A stretch of DNA of 64,000 nucleotides from Deltaproteobacteria bacterium (GCA_021779095.1 JAJYBI010000008.1:42971-106970), one strand, 5' to 3'. Counted from the first letter of the stretch, positions 44,805 through 55,383 are shown. Numbers and translations are program-made. Notes: generated by a model not told the origin, from the sequence alone.

Positions 44805-46835
44805 GTGGAGGATTACGTGGCACAGCCGATCTTTTCCAGCTGGGGACGGAACATCATTGACAACCGCACGGGGGGCGAGGGGGAGGATGCCTCATACCGC
44901 CTGCCGACCACCTACGACGGCGAGCGGCCGCTGGCCGCGTTCATGGGGTGGGACGGGATCATCGTCTTCGACCGGAACGTGGACGTGCCGGCCATGGCCG
45001 CGGAGTACATGAAGCGGGTCCAGACGCAGTACGTCTGCGGCAAGTGCACCCCCGGCAAGAAGGGGACCCGGGTCCTCATGGACGCCCTCGCGGCGATCGT
45101 CGCCGGTACCGCCGATGCGGCGGTGCTGGACACCATCGCCGACCTGGCGGCGCTCTTGCAGAACTGCAAGTGCACGCTCTGCCCCAGCTCCACGGTGCCG
45201 GTGCTGGACGCGGTCACCCACTTCCGCGACGACTTCCTCGCCTACCTCAACGGCTCCCGCAAGCCCGCCGCCGGTTTCACCTTCATCGACAAGTACACCG
45301 CCCCCTGCCAGGACAAGTGCCCGGCGCACATAGACATCCCGGCCTACATCGAGGGGATCAAGAACTACCGGTTCGGTGAGTCGCTCTCCGCCATCCGGGA
45401 CAACATGCCGCTCCCCTCGGTCTGCGGCCGCGTCTGCCCCCACCCGTGCGAGACCGCCTGCCGCCGCAAGAACGTGGACGAGCCGGTCAGCATCATGGTG
45501 CTCAAGCGCTCCGCTTCCGACCACGAGTGGCAGCACGGGCACCTGCCCCCCATGAGGCCTGCGGCGCGCAGGGACAAGACGGTGGCGATCGTCGGCGCCG
45601 GTCCCGCCGGCCTGGCGGCGGCCTACTACCTGGCGCTGGAGGGGTATCCCTGCACCATCTATGAGGCGCTCCCCGAGGGGTTCGGCGGCGGCATGATCGC
45701 CGTGGGGATCCCCCCGTACCGGATGCCGCGGCATATCCTGCAGCGGGACATCGACATCATCCAGTCCATGGGGGTGGAGATCCGCTACAACACCCGGGTT
45801 GGCAAGGACATCTCCCTGGCGGAGCTGAAACAGCAGTACGACGCCGTGTTCCTCGCCCCCGGCGCCCACCGCTCCAAGCCGATGGGGGTGGAGGGTGAGG
45901 ACAAGGGGTACACGGGGTTCCTTCCCGGCGGCATCGACTTTCTTAGGGACGCCTACCTGGGCAGACCGACGGGAATGGGGAAGAAGGTCGTGGTGGTGGG
46001 GGGCGGCAACACCGCCATCGACTGCGTCCGCGTGGCGCTCAGGGAGGGGGCCGAAGTCTCGACCCTCGTCTACCGCCGCTCCCGCAAGGAGATGCCGGCG
46101 GACGTCTGGGAAGTGGACGGTGCCGACGAGGAAGGGGTGCAGTTCGAGTTCCAGGTGCTCCCCACCAAGATCCTTACCGACGACAAGAACCGGGTGACCG
46201 GCGTTGAGTGCGTCCGGATGGCCCTGGGCGAGCCCGACGCCTCCGGCCGCCGCCGCCCCGAACCGGTGGCCGGCAGCGAGTTCGTCATCGAGTGCGACAC
46301 GGTCATCCCCGCCATCGGCCAGGACCCGGACCTGTCGTTCATCCCCCCTGACTGCGGCATCGACGTCACCAAGTGGAACACGGTGGTCACGAAATACGTC
46401 CCGTACAAGGACGCGGCGGGCAAAGACCTGAAGGACGGCATGGGGAACATGCAGTCCCGGACCCTCATCACCGACCTGGAGGGGGTGTTCGCCGGCGGCG
46501 ACGCCGAGATCGGCCCCCTGACCGTCGTGGCCTGCATCGGCTCCGGCCACCGGGCGGCGAAGGTGATCCGGCGCTGGCTGGAGGAGGGGAGGGCGTACCT
46601 CACCGACGACGAGTACATGGAGGATATCCTCAACTACCTCGGCGTCTACGACAAGGGTGAAGAGGTCCCCTGGCTCGATTCCGCCCCCCGCGAGCACCAG
46701 GCCGAGGTCCACGGCAGGGAGCGGGCGAGCCTCAAGAACTACTGCGAGGTGGAGCTGGGATTCAGGGAGAGCCAGGCGGTGCGGGAGGCGGAGCGGTGCC
46801 TGAGGTGCTACCGCGTAGCCATGGTCGCTGTGTAG
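44805..46835 (+). CDS. sfrB: NADPH oxidoreductase beta subunit, SfrB-like (glutamate-synthase small-subunit-like with N-terminal Fe-S domain)
   Basis: Cys clusters in the N-terminal half, FAD/NAD Rossmann VAIVGAGPAGLAAA and GGGNTAIDC motifs. Followed by an sfrA-like gene. GTG start. Confidence 0.85.
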   Translation: MEDYVAQPIFSSWGRNIIDNRTGGEGEDASYRLPTTYDGERPLAAFMGWDGIIVFDRNVDVPAMAAEYMKRVQTQYVCGKCTPGKKGTRVLMDALAAIVAGTADAAVLDTIADLAALLQNCKCTLCPSSTVPVLDAVTHFRDDFLAYLNGSRKPAAGFTFIDKYTAPCQDKCPAHIDIPAYIEGIKNYRFGESLSAIRDNMPLPSVCGRVCPHPCETACRRKNVDEPVSIMVLKRSASDHEWQHGHLPPMRPAARRDKTVAIVGAGPAGLAAAYYLALEGYPCTIYEALPEGFGGGMIAVGIPPYRMPRHILQRDIDIIQSMGVEIRYNTRVGKDISLAELKQQYDAVFLAPGAHRSKPMGVEGEDKGYTGFLPGGIDFLRDAYLGRPTGMGKKVVVVGGGNTAIDCVRVALREGAEVSTLVYRRSRKEMPADVWEVDGADEEGVQFEFQVLPTKILTDDKNRVTGVECVRMALGEPDASGRRRPEPVAGSEFVIECDTVIPAIGQDPDLSFIPPDCGIDVTKWNTVVTKYVPYKDAAGKDLKDGMGNMQSRTLITDLEGVFAGGDAEIGPLTVVACIGSGHRAAKVIRRWLEEGRAYLTDDEYMEDILNYLGVYDKGEEVPWLDSAPREHQAEVHGRERASLKNYCEVELGFRESQAVREAERCLRCYRVAMVAV

Positions 46836-46974
46836 GGTAGAGAAGCGCCGCTTTTACGCCAGGGCGGCGTAAGTCTTCGGGATCGCGTGTACTCGGGCTT
46901 TCAGCCCTCGCCCTTCGGGCAGGCACAAGGCCTGTGGCAATTCCGCTGTGCGGAATTGAGCGGCGTAGCCCCTC

Positions 46975-47045
46975 ATCCTATCCTTCTCCCTGAGGGAGAA
47001 GGAATACAGTTACCCTCTCCCTCAGGGAGAGGGTGGCCAAAGGCC
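46975..47045. repeat. GGGAGGG-family palindromic hairpins in a structured sfrB-sfrA intergenic region
   Basis: tccttctccctgagggagaagga; ccctctccctcagggagagggtgg. Additional hairpins lie at 46840-46960. Confidence 0.7.
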
Positions 47046-47161
47046 GGGTGAGGGCCTCCGTGCTCTCCCTCGACAGCCTTGCCCTGACGAAAAATCGACG
47101 CTTCAGCAGTTCCGTCATACGAATTCGATATAACCGCTCTGATATTTCGAGGAGTCGCTTT

Positions 47162-49624
47162 ATGATCAGCTTGACGATAGACGGCAACGAGGTAACCGTA
47201 CCGAAGGGGACCACCATCCTGGAGGCTGCCCGTAAGGTCGGTATCGCCATCCCCACCCTCTGCTGGCTGGAGAAGGTCTCTCCCACCGGCGCCTGCCGCG
47301 TCTGCGCCGTGGAGGTGGCGGGGGTCGACCGCACAATGACCGCCTGCAACACGCCGGTCAAGGAGGGGATCGTCGTCACGACCCGGTCGCCGCGTCTCAC
47401 GGAGATCCGCAAAAAGGTGATGGAGCTGATGCTGGTGAATCACCCGCTGGACTGCCCCGTCTGCGACGCCGCCGGCGAGTGCGGGCTGCAGGACGCCTGC
47501 TACGGCCTGAACGTGGCGAAGCAGGAGTACTCGGCGCTCCTGGAGCGACGTCCCATCCGCTACGACTGGCGGCTTCTGGAGAGCGACCCGAACCGCTGCA
47601 TCCTGTGCGAAAAGTGCGTGAAGGTGGACCACGAGATCGTGGGGTGCGACGCCATCGCCGTGGTGAACAAGGGGGAGGCGACCATCGTCGACACGGTGGA
47701 CGGCGGTCCGCTCAACTGCGAGTTCTGCGGCAACTGCATCGCCGCCTGCCCCACCGGCACCCTCATCAGCAAGCCGTTCAAGTTCAAGGGGCGCCCCTGG
47801 ACGTTCACCGTCACGAAGAGCGTCTGCGCCTTCTGCTCCACCGGCTGCCAGATCGAGTACCACGTGAAGGATGGCCGCGTCGAGCGGGTGACGAGCGAGG
47901 ACGACACTTACAACAGCGGCAACCTCTGCATCAACGGCCGGTTCGGCTACCGCTACCTCGCCACCCCCGGCCGGCTCACGGTTCCGCTCGTAGACGGCGC
48001 CCCCGCCGGATGGGACGATGCCCTGGCGCTCGTCGCCGGGAAGGTGCAGTCACTGGGGAGCGCCATGGCGGGCATCGCCTCGCCGCGGCTCTCCAACGAG
48101 GAGAACTTCCTCTTCGCCAAGCTCCTCAGGGCGATCGGCTCCACGGCGATCACCTCCGAGGCGACCCTCGGCTACGCCCAGGCCCAGAAGCTCCTGGGGA
48201 ACATGCTGGGGCTTTCCGGCGCCAGCGCCCGGATCGACAGGATCGACTCTGCCGACGCGATCCTGGTGCTGGGCACCGACCTGAACGCCGAATCCACCGG
48301 CGTCGAGTACCGGGTCATCAAGGCGGCCACCAAGAACGACGCCAAGCTCGTGCTCGCCACGACAAGGGGCGTGAAACTCAAGAAGTTCGCCAACTGCCAC
48401 CTGCAGTACCGGCCGGGGGGCGAGGTCGCCCTCGTGACCGGCATCATGAAGGCGCTTTCTGAGGCAGGGCTGGAAAACGCCGCCTTCGTGGACGCCTGCA
48501 GTGCCAACGGGGCTGAGTTCCGGGCGCAGCTCGCCGGCATCACTCTCGCTGACTGCGCGGTGCGGGCAGGTGTTGCCGAGACGGACCTGGTAGCGGCGGC
48601 AGAGCTCCTGGGTGGCGGCAAGCAGATCGCCATCGTCTTCGGCGCGGAGATCATCCGGTGCGCCGACGCCGCGGCCGCCGTGGCGTCGGTGGGCAACCTG
48701 GCGCTCCTCACCGGCTGCCTCGGCAACGGGGCCGGCGGGCTCTTCCCGCTCCACGACAAGAACAACACCCAGGGGATGCTCGATATGGGCGCCTCCACGG
48801 CCGATCTGTGGGAGGTCGTCGCGGGGATCGAGCAGGGGACCATCCGCGGGCTGTACGTGGCTGGAGCGAACCCGCTCGTCGCATTCCCCGACAGCGGCCG
48901 CATCCGGGCCGCCCTGAAGAAGCTGGAACTCCTCGTGGTGCAGGATATCGCCGCGTCCGAACTGACGGGGATGGCCCACGTGGTGCTGCCGGCCGCCGCG
49001 GCCGCCGAGAAGGAGGGGACCTTCACCACCCCCGACAACCGGGTGCAGTGTCTGCAGCGGGCCACGACCCCGCCGGGCGAGGCGAGGCCGGATCTCGTGG
49101 TGTTCGGCGATCTGCTCGGCCGGGTGACGGGCGCCGGCGGCGTCTCGTCAGCGGCGGCGGTGATGGCGGAGATCAAGGCGGCGGTCTCTAGCTACGGCGG
49201 CACCTGTGCGGTGAAGGACGGCCGCTGCAGCGGTACGGTGAAGGCAGGTTATGCACTTCCCTCCGGGAAGCTTTCCTTCGCCATGGTGGAACTTTCCGCC
49301 GCTCCGCAGGACGGCCTTTCGCTGCTGGTGGGTCCCATCGGCTACCACAACGGCACCGGCACCACCCTGTCGGAGAACAACCTGCTGGTAGCGCCGGCCG
49401 GCTACCTGGAGCTGTCGGCGAAGGATGCCGGGCGGCTCGGCATTGCCGACGGCGACTCGGTCACCGTCACCTCGCCGCAGGGCAGCGTAACGGGACCGGC
49501 GCGGGTGTCCGGCGGGATGCCCGCGGGACTTATCTTCGCGCCGGGGCATTTCCGTGAGCTGAACGCCAACGCGCTTCTGTCCGGTCGGTCCAACACCGTA
49601 GCGGTGACGGTCGCCAAAGCGTAG
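47162..49624 (+). CDS. sfrA: NADPH oxidoreductase alpha subunit, SfrA-like (NuoG/FdhA-like molybdopterin-oxidoreductase fold)
   Basis: 2Fe-2S and 4Fe-4S N-terminal motifs (CRVCAVEV, CPVCDAAGEC, CILCEKCV, CEFCGNCIAACP) plus an MopB-like domain. ATG 47162 follows GGAG. Confidence 0.85.
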   Translation: MISLTIDGNEVTVPKGTTILEAARKVGIAIPTLCWLEKVSPTGACRVCAVEVAGVDRTMTACNTPVKEGIVVTTRSPRLTEIRKKVMELMLVNHPLDCPVCDAAGECGLQDACYGLNVAKQEYSALLERRPIRYDWRLLESDPNRCILCEKCVKVDHEIVGCDAIAVVNKGEATIVDTVDGGPLNCEFCGNCIAACPTGTLISKPFKFKGRPWTFTVTKSVCAFCSTGCQIEYHVKDGRVERVTSEDDTYNSGNLCINGRFGYRYLATPGRLTVPLVDGAPAGWDDALALVAGKVQSLGSAMAGIASPRLSNEENFLFAKLLRAIGSTAITSEATLGYAQAQKLLGNMLGLSGASARIDRIDSADAILVLGTDLNAESTGVEYRVIKAATKNDAKLVLATTRGVKLKKFANCHLQYRPGGEVALVTGIMKALSEAGLENAAFVDACSANGAEFRAQLAGITLADCAVRAGVAETDLVAAAELLGGGKQIAIVFGAEIIRCADAAAAVASVGNLALLTGCLGNGAGGLFPLHDKNNTQGMLDMGASTADLWEVVAGIEQGTIRGLYVAGANPLVAFPDSGRIRAALKKLELLVVQDIAASELTGMAHVVLPAAAAAEKEGTFTTPDNRVQCLQRATTPPGEARPDLVVFGDLLGRVTGAGGVSSAAAVMAEIKAAVSSYGGTCAVKDGRCSGTVKAGYALPSGKLSFAMVELSAAPQDGLSLLVGPIGYHNGTGTTLSENNLLVAPAGYLELSAKDAGRLGIADGDSVTVTSPQGSVTGPARVSGGMPAGLIFAPGHFRELNANALLSGRSNTVAVTVAKA

Positions 49625-49652
49625 CCGGCATTTTCAGCTGACAATACTTAAG

Positions 49653-49687
49653 AACGCCTCCGGAGCTTCGGCACCGGGGGCGTTTTT
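49653..49687 (+). terminator. Intrinsic terminator after sfrA
   Basis: AACGCCtccggagcttcggcaccggGGGCGTTtttgtt. Confidence 0.65.
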
Positions 49688-49707
49688 GTTATATCCCGGA
49701 AAAAGCT

Positions 49708-49830
49708 TTCTCACGCAACGCCGCAACGACCGCAACGTAACATCAACCGGCTACCATAGTGGATCTTTCGCCTGCTCGCTGACGTTTATTCAGGTGTAAG
49801 GTTTCGGTTCCGTTGCGTCGTTGCGTGATC
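49708..49830. repeat. CGCAACG-family MITE-like element, copy 3
   Basis: The left arm tctcacgcaacgccgcaacgaccgcaacgtaac and the right arm ggtttcggttccgttgcgtcgttgcgtga are inverted. Lies between sfrA and xerC. Confidence 0.7.
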
Positions 49831-49871
49831 AAATGCTGTTGTTGGTTTTACAGGATGTCGGGTGAGGTCGA

Positions 49872-50792
49872 TCAGGACCTGGCCTTGGGGTGGGCCTTGT
49901 CGTACACCTCCATGAGCCGGTCGATGCTCACGTGGGTGTACTTCTGGGTGGTGGAGAGGGAGGCGTGCCCCAACAGCTCCTGGATGGCGCGCAGGTCGGC
50001 CCCTCCCTCCAGCAGGTGGGTGGCGAAGGTGTGCCGCAGGGTATGGGGGGAGACCTTCTTCATGGAGGCGATGTAGAGCATGTACCGGTCCACGACCCGC
50101 GCCACGCTCCGTCTCGTGAGCCGGCCTCCCCGGTTGTTGATGATCAGTGCGGCGTCGGCGGGTGGCGCGCCCCGCTCCGCCAGGTAGAGGGAGAGCGCCC
50201 GCCGGGCGTGCCGCCCCACCGGCACGATCCGCTCCTTCCCCCCCTTCCCCATGACGCGGGCGAGTCCCCCGTCCAGGTCCAGGTCCCCCACGTTCAGCCC
50301 GGTCAGCTCCGAGACACGGATGCCGCAGGAGTAGAGGGTCTCCAGGATCGCCCGGTCCCGCAGGCTGAGGAACGCCTCCCCCTTCGGGGCCTCCACCAGC
50401 GCCGTCACCTCGTCGATGTTCAGGTGGTGCGGCAGCTTCTTCTCCTTCTTCGGGGTGCCCACCAGTTCCGCCGGGTTGCGCGCAATCTCGCCCCGGCGGA
50501 GCAGGTAGCGGAAGAGTGAGCGGATGGCGGCGAGCTTGCGCCCCACGGAGCTCTTCCTGTGGTCCCGGTGCAGGACCGCGAGCCAGCGCCGGATCAAGAG
50601 GTGGTCCACGTCGCCGGCTCCGGCTGCGCCGCCCCGCTCGTCGTGCAGGAAGGCGGCGAACTGCTCCAGGTCGCTCCGGTATGCCGCCAGGGTGTGGGGG
50701 GAGACGTTCCGCTCCCCCGAGAGGTAGGCGCAGAACCGGTCGATGACGGGGAGAAGCGCCGATGGCCGCCGTTCCCGATCCGGTATGCTCAT
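49872..50792 (-). CDS. xerC: Tyrosine recombinase XerC
   Basis: 306 aa with the R..HxxR..Y catalytic set ([25 protein letters not shown]). The C-terminus ...VYDKAHPKA resembles XerC rather than XerD. The long N-terminal extension in the ORF track (to 51593) is Arg/Pro/Gly garbage. Confidence 0.85.
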   Translation of the reverse strand: MSIPDRERRPSALLPVIDRFCAYLSGERNVSPHTLAAYRSDLEQFAAFLHDERGGAAGAGDVDHLLIRRWLAVLHRDHRKSSVGRKLAAIRSLFRYLLRRGEIARNPAELVGTPKKEKKLPHHLNIDEVTALVEAPKGEAFLSLRDRAILETLYSCGIRVSELTGLNVGDLDLDGGLARVMGKGGKERIVPVGRHARRALSLYLAERGAPPADAALIINNRGGRLTRRSVARVVDRYMLYIASMKKVSPHTLRHTFATHLLEGGADLRAIQELLGHASLSTTQKYTHVSIDRLMEVYDKAHPKARS

Positions 50793-51408
50793 GGCAGCCG
50801 TCCCGCCAGGTCCGCCAGGGTCGCTACCGCCAGGTCGGTGCAGTCGGGCCAGAGCTGGCCGTCCGGCCGCGCCACGTGTACCGTCGCCGCCCCCGCCGCC
50901 CGTCCCGCCTGCAGGTCGAATAGGTAGTCCCCCACCATCACCGAGTTCTGCGGTGACGTCCCCCACCGTTCCGCCAGCCGGAGGATGCCGTCCGGGTCCG
51001 GCTTGGGGAGCGCTTCGTCCCGGCCGATGACTTCCTCCGCGCGGAAGTAGTCCCGGCAGCCGATCGCCGCCAGGGTCTCCAGGGCGATCTCCCGGCTGTT
51101 GCGGGTGAGTATCCCGAGGCGGGCGCCGTTTCCGCTCAGCCGCGTCACCAGAGTGCGGGCGCCGGGCGCAGGGGTCGCCCGCCGGGCGAGATCCTGCTCG
51201 ATCTCTTCCAGCCGGGCGTGGAGCGGTGCCGCCGCATCGGCGGGGAGGGACGAGAGGTATTGGAGGATGTCGCTGCCGTCCGGTACCCCCAGCTCCCGGC
51301 GTATAAAGGCGAAGTCGTGGACCGGCAGGGTGAGGGTCCCGTCCAGGTCGAAGATCCAGTGGGCGCGCGCGAGGAGCGGCGGCAAGCCGGCGGAGGTACG
51401 GGTCACGG
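50789..51408 (-). CDS. HAD-superfamily hydrolase (YigB-like, operonic with xerC)
   Basis: DLDGTL motif I. GTG start near 51408. Its stop overlaps the xerC start. Confidence 0.7.
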
Positions 51409-52302
51409 GGTGTCGTCCTCGGAGGTTGCGGCCTGGAACAGTTCCCCCTGTATCCCCATGAACGCCCCCGCCGCTGTCTGCCGTGCCTCCTTTTCGCACT
51501 GTTCGTGGAAACAGTCGGGACAGAGGCTGTGGGTGAACTCGGCGTCGGTGCGGGTGCAGATGTACTCCTCCATGCGCGTCCAGAGCCCTTCATCGTCCCG
51601 GATCTTCTTGCACCAGGCGCAGATGGGGAGGAGGCCCCGCAGGGTCCTGATCTCCGCCAGGCTTTTTTCCAGTTCGATGGCGCGTCGGCGGTTCTGCGCC
51701 AGGACCTCGATCAGCTGACGGTTCAGCTCGTTCTTCCGCAGATGCTCCCGGTCGTGGCTCGTCAGGACCCCCCAGAGCATGAGCCCGCTGGCAAGCGAAC
51801 TGGTGATGAAGCCGGTGGTCAGGTCGATCAGCCGGTCTGTCGGACTGGCCAGGGGGATGATGTATTCGGGGAATCTGAAGTCGGTGGTGAGCAGCAGGAC
51901 CCCGTCTACAATGAACAGCAGGAGGAGGCTCCACCGCGCCCTGCCGCGGAAGAAGATCAGCGGGTAGGTCACCGCGGAGAAGAAGTAGAACCCCACGCTT
52001 CCCTGAGAGCCGCCGTTGAGAAACCAGGTGACGTTCAGGGTGAGGAGCATGAGCAGGAAGAACAGTTTCGGAAATATCCTGCTTCGGTGCGAGGCCAGGT
52101 AGAGGAGGGCAGCGGCGCAGCCGAAGATCAGGACGGCGAGGTTCACGTAGGGTGAGGTGTTCTGTACGAGGTTCGTGGGGATGATGACGAGGAAGGACAG
52201 CAGGGCTGCTGCCAGGGTGAGCATCCGGTAGAGCCGCATCTCCAGGTCGGCTTCCTGTGCGGGGGAACAGGCCATGCGGATGGTTTCGATCAACTTCGGC
52301 AT
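51403..52302 (-). CDS. Polytopic membrane protein (7TM-like) with a C-terminal CxxC...CxxC motif
   Basis: About 300 aa, 6-7 TM helices, C-terminus [17 protein letters not shown]...HSLCPDCF. Confidence 0.55.
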   Translation of the reverse strand: MPKLIETIRMACSPAQEADLEMRLYRMLTLAAALLSFLVIIPTNLVQNTSPYVNLAVLIFGCAAALLYLASHRSRIFPKLFFLLMLLTLNVTWFLNGGSQGSVGFYFFSAVTYPLIFFRGRARWSLLLLFIVDGVLLLTTDFRFPEYIIPLASPTDRLIDLTTGFITSSLASGLMLWGVLTSHDREHLRKNELNRQLIEVLAQNRRRAIELEKSLAEIRTLRGLLPICAWCKKIRDDEGLWTRMEEYICTRTDAEFTHSLCPDCFHEQCEKEARQTAAGAFMGIQGELFQAATSEDDTP

Positions 52303-52606
52303 GCGGGACGGTCCCGGATCGTGGTATCGAGGTGGGCGTGAGGTTTGAAGATGATAGCGCACCTGGTGCAAAGAGCAAGGGGTGATGTGTCACTACGGGG
52401 GCGTTCGGTACTATCCGGCGACATTTTCCCATCGGTGGGAACGTCCTGACACCGCATGCGTGCTAATGCTTCCTTTCGGCCATGATTTCCGCAAGTTCCT
52501 TTTGTGCTCGTTCGATCCCGGCCCGCAGCCCGTCTACGTTGCGGGTGAAACGTTCAATCAACTGAACTACCTCGGATGGCCATGGCATGTTATGACTCCA
52601 GGCAAA

Positions 52607-53038
52607 TTAAAGAGAGGGAAATTTTTCCAGAAACTCCGCCAGGCGCACCATCCGGCACCTTTGGTATGTGCCGAGCACCAGCAGGTCCTGGTCGCCGGTT
52701 ACGAGATACGCGGCGCCTCCGCCGGCGGCGACGGCGAGGAATATGTCGTCATGGGGGTCGCGACAGACCCCTGACACTTCAGCTACCTCCTCGACTACCT
52801 CCACGAAGGGCAGGAGTTCGTCCTCCATGAGGGCGGCGCGCTCGGCGGGGGAAAGCCTGAATTTAGGATAGTCCAGCACCTTCCTGAATTCGGCGAACGT
52901 CTCCCGGCAGACGAGCGGCACGATGCGGCCTTCGCCCCACAGGACGCGCAGCCGGCCCGGCTGGCCGCCGAAGAGGAGCGCCGACACGAGCACGTTGGTG
53001 TCGAGAACGACGCGCAAGGGAGCTATTTTCTTGCCCAT
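52607..53038 (-). CDS. PIN-domain toxin (VapC-like)
   Basis: VVLDTNVLVSALL start and conserved acidic residues. Overlaps the upstream antitoxin by 16 nt. Confidence 0.75.
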   Translation of the reverse strand: MGKKIAPLRVVLDTNVLVSALLFGGQPGRLRVLWGEGRIVPLVCRETFAEFRKVLDYPKFRLSPAERAALMEDELLPFVEVVEEVAEVSGVCRDPHDDIFLAVAAGGGAAYLVTGDQDLLVLGTYQRCRMVRLAEFLEKFPSL

Positions 53039-53253
53039 CGCACCGCCTCGGCCACGTCTTCCTCATCGATGCCCAGTTTCCGCATCTTGGCGCGGATACC
53101 CTCCAGCGAGGCGGCAATCGGCGTGACCTTGACGGGAGTCAGCACGATGCGGTTGTCTTCCACCACGGCGTCGAAGAGATCGACGCCGGGGAAGTTGCCG
53201 ACGATCTCCTTGGGCAGGGTGAGCTGATTCTTGGATGTTTTCTTGGCAAGCAT
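53023..53253 (-). CDS. AbrB/MazE/SpoVT-family antitoxin
   Basis: 76 aa (QLTLPKEIVGNF...), paired with the PIN gene. Confidence 0.7.
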   Translation of the reverse strand: MLAKKTSKNQLTLPKEIVGNFPGVDLFDAVVEDNRIVLTPVKVTPIAASLEGIRAKMRKLGIDEEDVAEAVRWARK

Positions 53254-53384
53254 TCCTTACCTCCTTACATGGAGAATAGCAGGATTGCGGAAAGGGGCAA
53301 GGATATATTTCAAGTGTTACTCTTCGGCGATGGAAGATTTCCCTCCAAGGTAGGGGGGATGAGTTAAATCCAGTGACAAAACAA

Positions 53385-53440
53385 CCCCATCCCCTTTAGG
53401 CCCTTCGGGTCCTCCGCGCCTCCCCCTTGAAGGGGGAGGG
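53385..53440. repeat. GGGAGGG-family palindromic hairpin with a 'tttaggcccttcgggtcc' module
   Basis: ccccatcccctttaggcccttcgggtcctccgcgcctcccccttgaagggggaggg. The 'tttaggcccgttcgggtc' module also occurs inside the cbiH-cobQ linker at 7924-7941. Confidence 0.7.
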
Positions 53441-53489
53441 ATATAATCACCCTTTGACATCCGACCGGCGCCTGACCTACTATCCCTTC

Positions 53490-54623
53490 ATGCACAGGGT
53501 GAGCATAGAACGGGTGGGGTCGTACGACCGGGAGCTGGTCCGGGCGGGGATGGAACGTCTGCTGGCCCCTCTGGGGGGGATGGGGGCGTTCGTGAGCCCC
53601 GGCGACCGGGTCCTCTTGAAGCCGAACATGCTGGCGGCGAAGACACCGGACAAGGCGGTGACCACCCATCCCGAACTGCTGCGCGCCGCCATCGGGCTCG
53701 TGCAGGCCGCCGGCGGCATTGCGCTCGTGGGGGATTCGCCGGGGATCGGCGGCATCCGGAAGGTGGCGGAGCGGTCGGGGATGCTGGCGGTGGTGGAGGA
53801 GACCGGCGCGGAGCTCGTTGCGTTCGAGGAGACGGAGGAGGTTGCCGGCAGCGGCATGTTCCGGCGGTTCGAGCTGGCCCGTCCCTACCTGGAGGCGGAC
53901 CGGATCATCAACCTCCCCAAGCTGAAGACCCACGAGATGATGACCATGACCTGCGCCGTGAAGAACCTGTTCGGCGCGGTGGTGGGGACGGCGAAGGCGG
54001 GGTGGCACCTGAAGGCGGGGGCGGACCGGGAGCAGTTCGCCCGGATGCTGCTGGAGATCTACCTCCTGCGGCCGCCGGTGCTGAACATCGTGGACGCGGT
54101 GGTGGCCATGGAGGGGAACGGCCCGGGGAGCGGCGATCCGAAGCCGGTGGGGCTTCTCCTGGCCGGGACGAACGCCGTGGCACTGGACGTGATCGCCGCG
54201 GAGATCGCCGGCATCCCCCGTAACCTCCTGTACGTGGAGCGTGCGGCCCGGGAGCTTCGGGTCGACGGCGCCGACCGGAACCGGATCGAGACCGTGGGCG
54301 CCGACCTGGACGAGGTGCGGGTGCCGCTCCGGCTCCCCCACATCTCCGACGTGCAGTTCGGCCTCCCCCCCTTCCTCAAGAACCGGCTGCGCCACTACCT
54401 CACCTCCCGCCCCGTCCAGAAGGACGAGGCGTGCGCCCTGTGCGGGGTCTGTCGGGACGCCTGCCCGCCACGCGCCATCGAGATCCGCGACGGGCGGCTT
54501 GTCTTCGACTACCACAGCTGCATCCGCTGTTTCTGCTGCCGGGAGCTCTGTCCCCACAACGCGCTGGACGTGCGGGAGGGGAGCGCCATGCGGCTCGTGC
54601 GGCGGCTGCGGCGGGGCCGATAA
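53490..54623 (+). CDS. DUF362 protein with a C-terminal 4Fe-4S ferredoxin domain
   Basis: DUF362 core plus two CxxCxxCxxxCP motifs (CALCGVCRDACP, CIRCFCCRELCP). The start is taken at ATG 53490. Confidence 0.8.
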   Translation: MHRVSIERVGSYDRELVRAGMERLLAPLGGMGAFVSPGDRVLLKPNMLAAKTPDKAVTTHPELLRAAIGLVQAAGGIALVGDSPGIGGIRKVAERSGMLAVVEETGAELVAFEETEEVAGSGMFRRFELARPYLEADRIINLPKLKTHEMMTMTCAVKNLFGAVVGTAKAGWHLKAGADREQFARMLLEIYLLRPPVLNIVDAVVAMEGNGPGSGDPKPVGLLLAGTNAVALDVIAAEIAGIPRNLLYVERAARELRVDGADRNRIETVGADLDEVRVPLRLPHISDVQFGLPPFLKNRLRHYLTSRPVQKDEACALCGVCRDACPPRAIEIRDGRLVFDYHSCIRCFCCRELCPHNALDVREGSAMRLVRRLRRGR

Positions 54624-54714
54624 CCCTGCATCCTGCTCGGCCGCGCTTGCACTGGCGGTGGAAATCGGGTACGATGCGTGCCGTTCAAAACCGTCCCCTC
54701 AGGAGTGGACCATC

Positions 54715-55299
54715 GTGAAACTGTACATCCTGCTCGCCGTCGCCGCCTACCTGGTCGGCTCCATCCCCACCGGCCTTTTGCTCGGAAAAGCCGCCGGGAT
54801 CGACGTCCGGGCCTCGGGCAGCGGCAACATCGGCGCCACCAACGTCTACCGCACCGCCGGCCGGAAGCTGGGGATCGCCACGCTGGCGGGTGACTGCCTG
54901 AAGGGGCTCCTGCCGGTGCTCCTGGCGAAGCAGCTCGGCCTGCCGGTCGCCGCCGTCGCCATCGTCGGCCTCTGCGCCTTCATCGGCCACGTCTATACGA
55001 TCTTCCTCGGCTTCAAGGGGGGGAAGGGGGTCGCCACCGCCCTGGGGGTCTTCCTGGGGATCTCGCCCCTCTCCGTGCTGGGGGCGTTGGCGGTGTTCAT
55101 CGTGACGGTGGCGGTCTCGCGCTACATCTCCCTCGGCTCCATCCTGGCGGCGGCGGTCATGCCGCTCATCGTCTGGCTGCGGGGGAGCGGTCCGGAGGTC
55201 ACCGGCATGACCCTCGTGGTGGCGCTCCTCGTCATCTGGAAGCACCGGACGAACATCGCCCGGCTGCGTGAGGGGACGGAGAACAAGTTCAAGGCGTAA
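54715..55299 (+). CDS. plsY: Glycerol-3-phosphate acyltransferase PlsY
   Basis: GSGNIGATN and FKGGKGVAT motifs. GTG start after GGAG. Confidence 0.85.
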   Translation: MKLYILLAVAAYLVGSIPTGLLLGKAAGIDVRASGSGNIGATNVYRTAGRKLGIATLAGDCLKGLLPVLLAKQLGLPVAAVAIVGLCAFIGHVYTIFLGFKGGKGVATALGVFLGISPLSVLGALAVFIVTVAVSRYISLGSILAAAVMPLIVWLRGSGPEVTGMTLVVALLVIWKHRTNIARLREGTENKFKA

Positions 55300-55353
55300 A
55301 GGGTTGTGTGCGGTGGTGGCGAGGCCGCCGGCACGGTCATCTTCGTCCAAATA

Positions 55354-55383
55354 GAAACGGCGCTGCTCAGGCAGCGCCGTTTC
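55354..55383. terminator. Bidirectional intrinsic terminator between plsY (+) and the small minus-strand gene
   Basis: gAAACGGCGCTGCtcagGCAGCGCCGTTTc, a 12-bp stem, with T-rich flanks on both strands. Confidence 0.7.

Noticed and set aside
49872-51593. 573-codon ORF suggesting a giant XerC with a 260-aa N-terminal extension
   Set aside because: The extension is RPG-rich nonsense. It is actually the antisense or out-of-frame shadow of the separate HAD hydrolase gene (50789-51408). xerC starts at ATG 50792 with the conserved MSIPD...LLPVIDRF N-terminus.
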